Made by a program: the position numbers and the translations under genes. 64,000 nucleotides of DNA from an uncultured bacterium (GTDB taxonomy: Bacteria > Krumholzibacteriota > Krumholzibacteriia > JACNKJ01), in assembly GCA_963695095.1 (NCBI GenBank), contig CAVOFT010000001.1:2080001-2144000 (forward strand), given 5' to 3'. Shown piece by piece: positions 48,256 to 58,420 of the stretch (within the stretch, counting starts at the first letter, position 1; each line of letters begins with the position of its first letter). The notes under the pieces are model-generated. The model searched no databases, was not told the origin of the DNA, and saw only the letters and a program-made list of their open reading frames with translations.

Positions 48256-50169
48256 CTAGGCGTTGGTGAGCTTGGCAAGCCTGGCCTGGACATCCCGGAA
48301 TTCGCCATCGAGCTGATAGACCTTCGTGAAGGCGTCCAGGGCCAGGTCCCAGGCCTTGAGCAGCTCGTAGGCCTGGCCCAGCATATAGTAGAGCTCGACC
48401 ATCGACTTGCGGGGATAGGTCTCGGCATCGAGGCGGGTCTGCAGGAGCAACACGATCTCGCGGGGACGCTCGAGCTCGAGCAGGCAGCGCGCCATCCACT
48501 CGCGGGTCTTCTGGCCCAGGACCTTGTGCTCGAGCGTGTGCTCGAACTCCTCGAGCGCCTCCTCGTAGAGGCCCATCTCCATGTAGGAGACGCCGAGCTG
48601 GTAGCGCTCCTCCGGCGCCATCGAGCCCATCTGCTCCTTCATGCGCCGCTTGAATTCGCCGAGCACTTCGTCGATGTCGTCGGTCTGCAGCGCTTCGCCG
48701 GCCGTGGTCGAGAGTCCGAAGCTGAAGTGGCCCTCGCCGGCGCGCGTGTCCAGGTCGATGCTCCGGCGCCGCTCCCGGGGCGGCTCCGGAGCCGGAGGCT
48801 CGCCTTGCGCAGCGCCCGCCCCGGGCGAACCGCCGGCGCGCTCCCGCCCCTGCACGCCCGTTTCCCAGTTCCCGTCCGCCACGCGCAGGCTCTCTTCGAC
48901 GGATGCCAATTCCAGGACCGGCGCCGCGCGCTCCACCGGATCCGGCCGCGGCGGCGGCGGAGCCGCCGGCGGCAGGGCCGCCTGCGACGACGCTTCCTGC
49001 GGCGCCGGCGTCTCGACCAGGAGCTCCACGGCGGTCTCGACGTTGAGCTGGGAGCTGAGATCCTCGGCGATCTGCTGCGTGGTCAGCAGTTCCTCGATGT
49101 CGCCCTTCGCGCTCAGCACCTCGACATCGGGCAGGTCCCCCCGCAGCTGCTCCAGCATGGAGGCGGCCAGGGCCGCCGCCTCGGCATCCAGTTCCCGATC
49201 CGATTCCAGCGCCGCAGCGGACTCGGGCTCGGGCAGGGATTCCTCGGCTGGCTCGCTTCGCAGTTCAGGCTGGAGGGGGACCGGCGAAGCGGCGGACGGC
49301 GTGGAGACCGTGAAGGCCTCGAAGCCCTCGTCCCCAGCGTTGCTCGGCGCGCTGGCCTCTGGTGCCGGGGTCGGCTGAGGACCGGGCTCGCCCGGCCGGG
49401 TGATCATCAGCCGCTCGATGTCTTCGGGCCGCGCCCTGAGCATGGGCGGCCGCGTACTCGGCTCGAGCTGGGCGGCCGGCAGAGCCGGCTCCTTCGCGGT
49501 GCTCGCGGGCGGCGCCGCGGCAGCCGGGGCCGCGGGGGGCGTCTCGGCCGGCGGCGTCGCCGACGCGGCCGCGGGCTCGAAGTCCCGCGCCAGCCGGCGT
49601 AGCTTCTCGGCCTCCTCCCGCCGGCCTTCGCCCTCCTCGAGATCGGCCAGGCGCAGCGTGGCGCGCCGCGCGCAGGCCTGCTCGCCCAGGCGACCGTAGC
49701 TGGCGGCGACGAACTCCAGGACAGGCTGGCTGCTGGCCTGCAGGGTCTCGGCCTGCTCGAGCAGTTCGAGCAGGGACTTGCGGGCGTAGCCCGTGTCCTC
49801 GCCGAAGAGGCGCAGGGCCTCGAGCATCTTCTCGGCGCCGTCGGCGAGGAAGCCCTGGCGCGTCTTGAGTTCGCCCAGCACCCAGATGGCCTCGCGCTGC
49901 TCCGGCTCCAGGCGCAGGACCTTTTTGCAGAGGGCCGCGCCGTTGCCGTACATTCCCAGCTCGCGGTAGGCATGAATGCCCCGCATGAAGCTGGTGATGG
50001 CTTCGCCCTGGCGGCCGGACTTCAGGAGGATATCGCCGATCTGGTTGTGATAGGCGGGCTGGGACTCCTCGACGCTGACGAGCTTTTCGAGCACGGCCAA
50101 CGCATCGTCCCAGGAGGATTCCTGGAGAGCCAAGCTCAGGTTGCGCTTCAACTCCTGGATGCGGCTCAA
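48256..50169 (-). CDS. TPR protein, SgmX/Bd2492-like: N-terminal TPRs, low-complexity linker, C-terminal TPRs
   Basis: N-terminal TPRs (NQIGDILLK.G...A...F; ALCKKVLRL.P). C-terminal EVL.EFK.........RYQLGVSYMEMGLYEEA and D..FRDV..R. TTG start after AAGGAG. Confidence 0.8.
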   Translation of the reverse strand: MSRIQELKRNLSLALQESSWDDALAVLEKLVSVEESQPAYHNQIGDILLKSGRQGEAITSFMRGIHAYRELGMYGNGAALCKKVLRLEPEQREAIWVLGELKTRQGFLADGAEKMLEALRLFGEDTGYARKSLLELLEQAETLQASSQPVLEFVAASYGRLGEQACARRATLRLADLEEGEGRREEAEKLRRLARDFEPAAASATPPAETPPAAPAAAAPPASTAKEPALPAAQLEPSTRPPMLRARPEDIERLMITRPGEPGPQPTPAPEASAPSNAGDEGFEAFTVSTPSAASPVPLQPELRSEPAEESLPEPESAAALESDRELDAEAAALAASMLEQLRGDLPDVEVLSAKGDIEELLTTQQIAEDLSSQLNVETAVELLVETPAPQEASSQAALPPAAPPPPRPDPVERAAPVLELASVEESLRVADGNWETGVQGRERAGGSPGAGAAQGEPPAPEPPRERRRSIDLDTRAGEGHFSFGLSTTAGEALQTDDIDEVLGEFKRRMKEQMGSMAPEERYQLGVSYMEMGLYEEALEEFEHTLEHKVLGQKTREWMARCLLELERPREIVLLLQTRLDAETYPRKSMVELYYMLGQAYELLKAWDLALDAFTKVYQLDGEFRDVQARLAKLTNA

Positions 50170-50228
50170 GGGCTCTCCTTTCCCGAGCACAGGAACCCCC
50201 GCCCTAAGCAAGAGGTCGCCGCCGAGTC

Positions 50229-50244
50229 AGCAAGGGCTATTCCA
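50229..50244 (-). promoter_or_regulatory. Sigma54 promoter for the TPR gene
   Basis: TGGAATAGCCCTTGCT (GG-N10-GC with TTGCT), about 60 bp upstream of the start. Confidence 0.72.
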
Positions 50245-50364
50245 GGGAGGCCATTGCGTTACGATCCTCCAACATGAGCCTTGAACCGGGATTAGGCACA
50301 CGCAGCGGGGATCGGGCCGCCCTTTCCGTCATCTGCAGGACGCTAGAATCTGCCCGGTTGCTTG

Positions 50365-50400
50365 CAAAATGGGTGACTCGTTCGAACGAGATTACACCCC
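50365..50400 (-). terminator. Probable terminator after hutI
   Basis: GGGTG...CTCGTTCGAACGAG...CACCC hairpin directly after the stop, followed by ATTTTG. Confidence 0.55.
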
Positions 50401-51690
50401 TCAGAGGGGACGATCCCGCAGGGTCTCGGCAGGGAAGTCCAGGATTTGCCCGCCGGCGGCGACGAGGCGGGGCGATGCAAAGCCGAGGTGATAGGGCAGC
50501 TCGCGCAGATCGGCGGCATCGTGGAGGATGAAGTCCGCGCGCTTGCCGGGCACGAGGCTGCCCGTGGCCTCCCCCTCGCCGCAGGCCCAGGCCGCATTGT
50601 GGGTGGCCGCACAGAGGGCCTCGGCCGGCCTCAGGCGCAGGGCGCTCGCGGCCAGCGACAGCACGAGGCCCATGGATTCACAGCAGCTCGAGCCCGGGTT
50701 GTAGTCCGTGGCCAGGGCGAGGGCCACCCCCGCATCCACGAGGCGACGGGCCGGCGCGAACTGCGTGCTCGCCAGGCCCAGGCTGGTCGCCGGCAGCATC
50801 ACGGCCACGGTCGGCGAGGCCGCCAGCGCGGCGATATCCCGCTCGGCCATGACGATCAGGTGGTCGGCGCTGACCGCCCCCAGGCGCGCCCCGAGGGCGG
50901 CGCCGCCGTAGCCCGGGGCGATCTCGTCGGCGTGGATCTTCAGCCCGAGCCCCAGCGCGCGCGCCGCCGCCAGGATGCGCTCGCTGTCCTCGAGCGTGAA
51001 GACGCCAGGCTCGCAGAAGACGTCGGCGAAGCGGGCGATGCCCTGCTCGGCTACCGCCGGCAGCCAGGCGCTGACGATCTCCTCCACGAAGGCCGCATGG
51101 TCTCCCCGCCTGGCCGGGGGGATCTCGTGGGCGCCCAGGAAGGTGGGGACGAGCGTGGCCGGCAGTTCCTCGGCGAGGGCCGCGATCAGGCGCAGTGCCC
51201 TCAGTTCTTGCTCGAGGTCCAGGCCGTAACCCGTTTTCACTTCTATGGTCGCGCTACCGGACGCCATCATGCGCTTCAGGCGGGGTCGGCTCAGCGCGAG
51301 CAGCTCCGCGTCCGAGCGGGCGCGGAAGTCGGCGACGCTGGCGTGGATGCCGCCCCCGGCTGCAGCGATCTCCATGTAGGGAAGGCCGGCCACGCGCTGG
51401 GCGAACTCGTCGGCCCGATAGCGGCCGAAGAGGGCGTGGGTGTGCGGATCGACATAGGCCGGGGTGACGAGGGCGCCGCCGGCGTCGATCTCCCGGCAGC
51501 CCGGTCCCGGGGCCAAGGTGGCCAGCACGGCGGCTTCGGGCCCGGCCGCCAGGATGCGGCCTCCGCCCACGGCAAGGGCGCCGCCGGTCACGAGCCCGGC
51601 ATCGTCCAGGGCCGCGCCCCGGCGCGGGCCGGCAGGTCCGGCCAGGGTGGCGAGCTGGCCGATGCCCCGGATCAGCAGCTCCGCCTTCAT
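50401..51690 (-). CDS. hutI: Imidazolonepropionase
   Basis: VDPHTH, GGGI, E.KTGYGL, FLGAH, DVFCE, KIHADE, SADH and ATDYNPG. Confidence 0.96.
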   Translation of the reverse strand: MKAELLIRGIGQLATLAGPAGPRRGAALDDAGLVTGGALAVGGGRILAAGPEAAVLATLAPGPGCREIDAGGALVTPAYVDPHTHALFGRYRADEFAQRVAGLPYMEIAAAGGGIHASVADFRARSDAELLALSRPRLKRMMASGSATIEVKTGYGLDLEQELRALRLIAALAEELPATLVPTFLGAHEIPPARRGDHAAFVEEIVSAWLPAVAEQGIARFADVFCEPGVFTLEDSERILAAARALGLGLKIHADEIAPGYGGAALGARLGAVSADHLIVMAERDIAALAASPTVAVMLPATSLGLASTQFAPARRLVDAGVALALATDYNPGSSCCESMGLVLSLAASALRLRPAEALCAATHNAAWACGEGEATGSLVPGKRADFILHDAADLRELPYHLGFASPRLVAAGGQILDFPAETLRDRPL

Positions 51691-51695
51691 CGGCG

Positions 51696-53358
51696 TCACC
51701 GGATGAGCGGCGTGCGCAGGCCGCGCTCCGCGGCCACGGCCAGCGCCTTGGGGTAGCCGGCGTCGGCATGGCGCATGACCCCGGTGCCCGGATCGCCGGT
51801 GAGCACGCGCGACAGGCGCGTCGCGGCAGCCGGCGTGCCGTCGGCAACGACCACCATGCCGGCATGGATGGAATTGCCCATGCCGACACCCCCGCCGTGG
51901 TGCAGCGAGACCCAGGTGGCGCCGTTCACCGCATTGAGCAGGGCATTGAGCAGGGGCCAGTCGGCCACGGCGTCGCTGCCGTCGAGCATGCCTTCGGTCT
52001 CGCGATAGGGACTGGCCACGGAACCGCTGTCGAGGTGGTCGCGGCCGATGACGATGGGCGCGCTCACTTCGCCGCGCGCGACCAGCTCGTTGAAGGCCAG
52101 GCCCGCCCGCTCCCGCTCGCCATAGCCCAGCCAGCAGATGCGGCTGGGCAGACCCTGGAACTGCACCTTCTCGGCGGCCAGGCGCAGCCAGCGGGCCAGC
52201 GCCGCGTCGGCGGGGAAGAGCTCCAGGATGGCCCGATCCGTGCGCGCGATGTCGGCGGGATCGCCCGAGAGCGCCGCCCAGCGGAAGGGCCCCTTGCCCT
52301 CGCAGAAGAGCGGGCGCACGAAGGCGGGCACGAAGCCGGGAATGGCGAAGGCCCCCGGCTCGCCGCCCTTGACCGCCCCGCCGCGCAGGTTGTTGCCGTA
52401 GTCGAAGACGACGCTGCCGGCCGCTCGCATCGCGAGCATGGCCCGCACCTGGGCCGCCATGCTGGCGTGGGCGCGGCGCACATGCTCCTCGGGATCGCCG
52501 GCGCGAAGCGCGAGCGACTCGCCGAGGCTCAGACCCGCCGGCACGTAGCCGTTGAGGGGATCGTGGGCGCTGGTCTGGTCCGTCACCAGCTCGGGATGGA
52601 TCCCGCGCGCGGCCAGGGCCGGGAAGACCTCGGCCACGTTGCCCAGCAGGCCGACGCTGAGGGCCTCGCCCCTGGCCTGGGCGGCCCGGCAGAGCGCGAG
52701 CGCCTCGTCCAGGTCGCGGCACTTGCGGTCCAGGTAGCGGTGGGCGAGCCGGCGGTCGATGCGGCTCTCGTCCACCTCCACCACGAGCGCCACGCCCTCG
52801 TTCATCGTCACGGCCAGGGGCTGAGCGCCGCCCATGCCGCCCAGGCCGCCGGTCAGGGTCAAGCGTACCCCTGAGGCTGCCGCCGAAGTGCTGGCGGGCC
52901 GCCTCGGCGAGCGTCTCGTAGGTGCCCTGCAAGATGCCCTGCGTGCCGATGTAGATCCAGGAGCCGGCCGTCATCTGGCCGTACATCATCAGGCCCTTCT
53001 TCTCGAGCTCCCAGAAGTGCTCCCAGGTGGCCCAGGCCGGCACGAGCTGGCTGTTGACGATGAGCACGCGCGGCGCGTCGGCGTGGGTGCGGAAGACCGC
53101 CACCGGCTTGCCCGATTGGACGAGCAGGGTTTCCTCGTCGCCCAGTTCGCGCAGCGCCGCGACAATCGCCGCGAAGCAGTCCCAGTTGCGCGCGGCCTTG
53201 CCGGTGCCACCGTAGACGACGAGCTCCGCGGGGCGCTCGGCCACCTCGGGATCGAGGTTGTTCATCAGCATGCGCAGGGCGGCTTCCTGAAGCCAGCCCC
53301 GGCAGTGGAGCTCTGCGCCTCGCGGCGCCTTCACCTTGCCCGGTTGCAGTTCAAGCAT
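51696..53358 (-). CDS. hutU: Urocanate hydratase, with an apparent +1 frameshift near 52866
   Basis: NNLDPEVAE and [16 protein letters not shown] in one frame; [26 protein letters not shown] and HHGGGVG in the next. Confidence 0.95.
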
Positions 53359-55999
53359 CTCGACTCCCCTGTCCTCGGGCCTGGCCCTCAGCGCCACCGG
53401 CGCCCTCCGCGCGGCGGCCCACCGGCTCGACGTCGGGGCGCTGCCGCGGCCGGGAGACGTACCAGGCGTGGAGTTCGCTCGCGAAGGTGGATGGATCGAA
53501 ACATAGTCGAGTCTCCACGGGAAGGGAACGCAAAAAGCGCTGCCCGTAGCTCTTGTGGACGAGTCGGCTGTCGAGGAAGAGCGCGAGGCCCTCGTCGCGA
53601 GCGCTGCGAATGAGGCGGCCGAAGCCCTGCTTGAAGCGCAGCACGGCCTCGGGCACCATGTAGTCGAAGAAGGGATCCTCGCCCGCGGCCGCCAATCGCT
53701 CGCAGCGCGCCTCGACGAGGGGCTCCGTGGGCACGGCGAAGGGCAGGCGCGTGATGACGAGAATGCTGAGCGCCTCGCCGGGAAAATCCACGCCCTCCCA
53801 GAAGCTGCTCGTGCCGAGCAGCAGCGCGCCTCGCCGCGCGCGGAAGCGCCGCGCGAGGGCGTCGCGGCTGGCGCCGCTCTCCTGCACGAGCAGGCGCTCG
53901 GGCGCGACGCCGCGCTCGATCAGCCCCCGGCGGCTGCGCTCCAGGGCGCCGTAGCTGGTGAAGAGCACCAGGGTGTTCAGCGGCTGCTCGGTGGCGAGCG
54001 CGGCCAGCAGTTCCACCACGGCCTCCAGGTGCCCGCGCTGACCGGGCTCGGGCAGGTAGGCCGGCAGCAGCAGGCGGGCCTGGGCCGCCATGTCGAAGGG
54101 GCTGTCCAGGGCGAGCTCGTAGCGCGAACGCCCGCTGCGATCCAGGCCGATCTTGCCGCGGCAGTAGTCGAAGGCGCCCTGCACGGTGAGCGTGGCGCTG
54201 GTGAGGACCAGCGCGTCCAGGTGCTCGCGAAAGAAGTCGCCGAGCTCGAGCGCCACGTCCACGGGACTGGCCACCAGCTCGCGCAGGCCGCCCCGACCGT
54301 CGCCCTCGAGGTAGTAGACGAAATCCTCGCCCTCGGCGGCGAGCAGGAAGCCGAGCCGCGCCAGCAGCTCGTCGAGCCCGCGGGCCATCGCCTCCAGGGC
54401 ATCGCACTCGGCCTGCAGCTCGCCCTTGGCCCCCGGCGCCCCCAGGGCCGCCAGGGCGCGCGCCCCCTTCGCCGCCGCCGTCAGCGCCCGGCTCAGCGCC
54501 GCCGCTTCCGCGGCGAGCGCCTCGGGCAGCGCCTGGCCGGCGCGGTAGCGCAGGCGCCCCGTCTCCCTGAGCGCCGCCGCCACCGAGGGTTGACTCGCCA
54601 GGCGCTCGAGCAGTCCCCGGAGCGCCTCCCGCGCCGCGGGCATAGCGTCCAGGAGCGCGGCGCGCTCGCCGGCGGCGCCGGGCGCCGCCTCCTTCAGGGC
54701 CGGCAGCCAGCGCTCGAGCGAACGCCGACTCCAGCCCGGCGCCCGCAGCTCCGGCGCGATCGCCTCGAGAGCGGCATCGAGCACCCGCGCCGACAGGGAG
54801 ACGCCCAGGGCCCGCGTGGCCACGGCATCGAGATGCTGCGCCTCGTCGATGACGAGTCGGCGGTAGGGGCCGAGCACGCCGCCGCCCACGGCCTGGTCGG
54901 CCAGCAGCAGGGCGTGATTGACGATGACGAGCTGCGCCGCCCGCGCCCGCTCGCGCGCCCGCGTCACCCAGCAGTCGCTGCGCGCCGCGCAGCGCGTCTC
55001 TTCGGCCCCCTGATTGCGCGCCCGCAGCTGCTCGAGCAGGCCCGGCGCGCAGAGCGGATTGCCGCTCAGCTCCTCGATCAGGCCCTCGGCGCTGCGATCC
55101 TGCCAGACGAGGAGCGCGGCGGCGGCCAGGCGGGCAGCGACATCGCCGCCGAGCTCGCCGATGAAACGCTCGAGCTTGCGGCGACAGGCGTAGTTCTCGC
55201 GGCCCATGAGCAGGGCGGCCGTGACGGGAAACCAGGGCGCGGCCGCCAGGCGCGGCAGGTCGCGCCGCAGCAGTTGCTCCTGCAGGTTGCGCGTGTGGGT
55301 GGAGATCAGCACCCGCTCGCCGCCCGCTGCGGCGAAGAGCCCGGCGGGAACGAGATAGGCCAGGCTCTTGCCGGTGCCGGTGGGCGCCTCGACGAGCAGA
55401 TCGCCGCCGCCGGCCAGCACCTGCCAGGCGGCGAGGGCCATCTGCTGCTGACCGGCGCGGCTCTCGAAGTCGGCGCCCAGCAGCGCGGCCAGCTCGCCCT
55501 CCGGGCCGAAGATGCGCTCGATGCGCGCCTCGCCCTCGGCCAGCGCCATCGTCTCGGCGCCGCCGCCCGGCTGCGCGCCGCGCCGCTTGCCAGCCGCTGC
55601 GCCTGCGAGCCTGCGCTCGGCAGCGAGGCGACCGCCCTCGGCGGCGAAGGCGGCCAGCGCCGCCAGCTCTGCAGGGGAGACGCTGTCCCCCGCCGCCGCG
55701 GCCTCGCTGGCGGCAGCGGCGGCGCCCTGCAGCAGGCCCTGCACCTGCCCCCAGCTTTCAACGCGCAACGCGCTCCATTCCAGGCCGGCAATCCCCTCCG
55801 CCAGCGCAGCGGCGCTCTCGCCGGCCGCCGCCCCAGCGATCTGGGCGAGATCCTCGCGCTCGGGGGCGAAGACGGCCAGGAAGCGGGCCAGGGGCAAGCG
55901 CCGCCGGCCGGCATCGCCTGCGGCGTCCGGCGCCGGATCCAGCAACCACTCGGCCGCAGCGGGCTCCAGGCGAAGGCGCAGGCAGGGGTCGTCGGTCAT
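53351..55999 (-). CDS. dinG: DinG/YoaA-family helicase
   Basis: [46 protein letters not shown] and QGFGRLIR. Confidence 0.92.
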   Translation of the reverse strand: MTDDPCLRLRLEPAAAEWLLDPAPDAAGDAGRRRLPLARFLAVFAPEREDLAQIAGAAAGESAAALAEGIAGLEWSALRVESWGQVQGLLQGAAAAASEAAAAGDSVSPAELAALAAFAAEGGRLAAERRLAGAAAGKRRGAQPGGGAETMALAEGEARIERIFGPEGELAALLGADFESRAGQQQMALAAWQVLAGGGDLLVEAPTGTGKSLAYLVPAGLFAAAGGERVLISTHTRNLQEQLLRRDLPRLAAAPWFPVTAALLMGRENYACRRKLERFIGELGGDVAARLAAAALLVWQDRSAEGLIEELSGNPLCAPGLLEQLRARNQGAEETRCAARSDCWVTRARERARAAQLVIVNHALLLADQAVGGGVLGPYRRLVIDEAQHLDAVATRALGVSLSARVLDAALEAIAPELRAPGWSRRSLERWLPALKEAAPGAAGERAALLDAMPAAREALRGLLERLASQPSVAAALRETGRLRYRAGQALPEALAAEAAALSRALTAAAKGARALAALGAPGAKGELQAECDALEAMARGLDELLARLGFLLAAEGEDFVYYLEGDGRGGLRELVASPVDVALELGDFFREHLDALVLTSATLTVQGAFDYCRGKIGLDRSGRSRYELALDSPFDMAAQARLLLPAYLPEPGQRGHLEAVVELLAALATEQPLNTLVLFTSYGALERSRRGLIERGVAPERLLVQESGASRDALARRFRARRGALLLGTSSFWEGVDFPGEALSILVITRLPFAVPTEPLVEARCERLAAAGEDPFFDYMVPEAVLRFKQGFGRLIRSARDEGLALFLDSRLVHKSYGQRFLRSLPVETRLCFDPSTFASELHAWYVSRPRQRPDVEPVGRRAEGAGGAEGQARGQGSRDA

Positions 56000-56107
56000 C
56001 GCGCCTCACGCGGCTCGTGCGGGAACCGGCTATCCACCGGCAGGTTAGGGCGGACCAGTATGCCTCAGGCCGGGCAGCCCCCACAAGACCGCCCGCTTTC
56101 AATAGTA

Positions 56108-56136
56108 TTGCCTGCCCCCTGCCCTTGCCCTATCTT
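56108..56136 (+). promoter_or_regulatory. Putative sigma70 promoter for dsbD-trxA
   Basis: TTGCCT-N17-TATCTT in the divergent intergenic region. Confidence 0.6.
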
Positions 56137-56169
56137 TGAGCGCATCCTGCACGGAGAATGGGAGTTGCA

Positions 56170-58068
56170 ATGAATGGGAAGTGCCCGCCGGGGTCCCGGC
56201 GGCCTGGGCAAGCGCTCACGCTGTTGACGCTCGTGGCGCTCCTGCTGTCCGCGATGGCGCCGGCCCTGGCTGGTCCGGGGGCGGATGCCGGCCTCCAGCT
56301 CGGCGGCAGTTTCGGCCCGCCCGCCGTGCCCGTGCGCCTGGAGCTCCTGGCCGACCAGGCGGTGGCCGGCGCCGAGCTGCCGGTGGCCGTCATCTATAGC
56401 GTGCCGGCGGGCACCCATCTCACCGACGCCTTCTTCACCGTCGAGTTCTCCAGCGAGCCCCCGCTCGCCTTCGCGGCGCCCAGCTACCCCGCCGGCAGCC
56501 TGGAGGGGGACAGCCGCGTCTTCCGCGGCGAGGTCCGCGTGACCAGCCGCGTCCGGCTCCCGGCCGCCGGACCGGTCACGCTCAAGGCGCGGGCGGAGTA
56601 CCAGATCTGCCAGGAGGGCGAGGTGGAGATGTGCTTCCCGCCCGAGGAAGCCGCGCCCAGCCTCGTCCTGGAACTGGCCCCCGCCGGCACGCCCTGGAGT
56701 CCGAGCGGCGCGCCAGCCGCAGCGGACGTGACGAGCCCGGGCGAGGCCTCGCCGCCACCCGATAGCGAGGGCCCCGCCGTCGCGGCGACGCCGCGCGCCA
56801 GCGGCCTCGAGGGCCGCCTCGAGCGCGCCCTCGCCAGCGGGAGCTGGCTGGCCTTCCTGCTCGTCTTCCTGGGCGGCGTGCTCACCAGCTTCACGCCCTG
56901 CGTCTACCCGGTCATCCCCATCACGATCAGCTACGTCGGCGGCAGCGCCAAGGGCAACCCGCTGCGGGGCTTCATCCTCTCGCTCTGGTTCGTGCTCGGC
57001 ATCGCCATCACCTACTCGGCCCTGGGTCTGGCCGCGGCGGCCACGGGCGCCGCCTTCGGCCAGGCGACCCAGAACCCCTGGGTCAACGGCGTCATCGCGC
57101 TCGTCGTCGGCGCCATGGGCTTCTCGATGGCCGGCTTCTTCGACATCCAGCTGCCCAGCGGTCTGACGAGCAAGGTGGGCGGCGCCCGCGGCGGCTTTCT
57201 CGGCCCCATCCTGATGGGCTTTGCAACCGGCCTCATCGCCGCGCCCTGCGTGGGGCCGGTGCTGGTCGTGCTGCTGAGCTGGGTGGCCCAGACGGGCAGC
57301 CTCTTCCTCGGCTTCTGGCTGCTCTTCACCTTCGCCCTGGGCCTGGGGCTGCTCTTCATCGTGCTCGGCACCTTCAGCGGCGCCCTGGCCGCCCTGCCCG
57401 GCGCCGGCGCCTGGATGGACGGCGTGAAGCACTTCTTCGCCCTCGCGCTCTGGGCCCTGGCGCTCTGGTTCCTGCGCAGCCTGCTGCCCGGCTGGCTGCT
57501 GACCATGGTCTTCGGCCTGGCCCTCGTCATGGCCCTGGGCGCCTGGGGCGCCTTCCACAGCCTGCCCAGCGGCGCCAGTCCGCGCCAGGGCCTGCTCAAG
57601 GGCGTCATGCTGCTGCTGTGGATGCTGGGCGCGCTGCTTGCGCTGGGCGGCGGCCTGCGCGGCTTCGCGCCGGGCCTGCTGCCCGCGGCCGGGGCGCCCG
57701 CGGCGCACAGCAGCGCCGAGCCGGCCTGGATCTGGGATGCCGAGGCGGGCTTCGCGGCGGCTGCCGCCAGCGGCAAGCCCGTGATGATGGACTTCTGGGC
57801 GGAGTGGTGCGCGGCCTGCAAGGAGCTGGACCACAAGACCTACAACCAGCCCGAGATCCTGGCCCTGGCCGAGCGCTTCGTCTCCATCAAGATGGACCTG
57901 ACCGAGCGCACGCCGGCGAACGCCGCGCTCCAGGAGCGCTACGGCGTGGTCGGCATGCCCACCGTGATCTTCTTCGATGCCACCGGCCGCGAGCGCGAGC
58001 GCTTCGCGGGCTTCAAGAAGGCGGGCGATCTGGCCCCCATCCTGGAGCGAGTCCTGGCCGCGCCATGA
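56170..58068 (+). CDS. dsbD: Protein-disulfide reductase DsbD
   Basis: N-domain CQEGEVEMCFPP, TM motifs FTPCVYP and APCVGP, C-terminal thioredoxin AEWCAACK. Confidence 0.94.
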   Translation: MNGKCPPGSRRPGQALTLLTLVALLLSAMAPALAGPGADAGLQLGGSFGPPAVPVRLELLADQAVAGAELPVAVIYSVPAGTHLTDAFFTVEFSSEPPLAFAAPSYPAGSLEGDSRVFRGEVRVTSRVRLPAAGPVTLKARAEYQICQEGEVEMCFPPEEAAPSLVLELAPAGTPWSPSGAPAAADVTSPGEASPPPDSEGPAVAATPRASGLEGRLERALASGSWLAFLLVFLGGVLTSFTPCVYPVIPITISYVGGSAKGNPLRGFILSLWFVLGIAITYSALGLAAAATGAAFGQATQNPWVNGVIALVVGAMGFSMAGFFDIQLPSGLTSKVGGARGGFLGPILMGFATGLIAAPCVGPVLVVLLSWVAQTGSLFLGFWLLFTFALGLGLLFIVLGTFSGALAALPGAGAWMDGVKHFFALALWALALWFLRSLLPGWLLTMVFGLALVMALGAWGAFHSLPSGASPRQGLLKGVMLLLWMLGALLALGGGLRGFAPGLLPAAGAPAAHSSAEPAWIWDAEAGFAAAAASGKPVMMDFWAEWCAACKELDHKTYNQPEILALAERFVSIKMDLTERTPANAALQERYGVVGMPTVIFFDATGRERERFAGFKKAGDLAPILERVLAAP

Positions 58069-58096
58069 GCGCAGCCCTACCCCACGAGGAGAGAGC

Positions 58097-58420
58097 ATGA
58101 GCGACGTCCTGCACGTGAGCGACGACAACTTCGAGAGCGAGATCATCCAGAGCAGCCTGCCGGTGCTCGTGGACTTCAGCGCCACCTGGTGCGGGCCCTG
58201 CAAGAAGCTCGAGCCCATCGTCGAGGAGCTGGCCACGGAGTACAAGGGCAAGCTCAAGGTCGCCCATGTGGACGTCGACAAGGCGCGCACGAGCGCCCAG
58301 AAGTTCGGCATCATGTCCGTGCCGACCGTGCTCTACATCAAGGGCGGCGAGGTGAAGGCCACGCAGATCGGCCTCAGCTCGAAAGAGGCCATGATCCAGA
58401 AGATCGCCGGCCTGCTCTAG
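58097..58420 (+). CDS. trxA: Thioredoxin
   Basis: VLVDFSATWCGPC and IMSVPT. SD GAGGAG. Confidence 0.96.
   Translation: MSDVLHVSDDNFESEIIQSSLPVLVDFSATWCGPCKKLEPIVEELATEYKGKLKVAHVDVDKARTSAQKFGIMSVPTVLYIKGGEVKATQIGLSSKEAMIQKIAGLL

Noticed and set aside
50250..50400. Riboswitch or ncRNA upstream of the TPR gene
   Set aside because: I could not match c-di-GMP or cobalamin riboswitch cores by eye, and the region lies upstream of the predicted promoter. A covariance-model scan would settle it.
50401..53397. Apparent 998-aa HutU-HutI fusion ORF
   Set aside because: Produced by the +1 insertion near 52866. The middle is off-frame nonsense, and hutU and hutI have their own stop and start.
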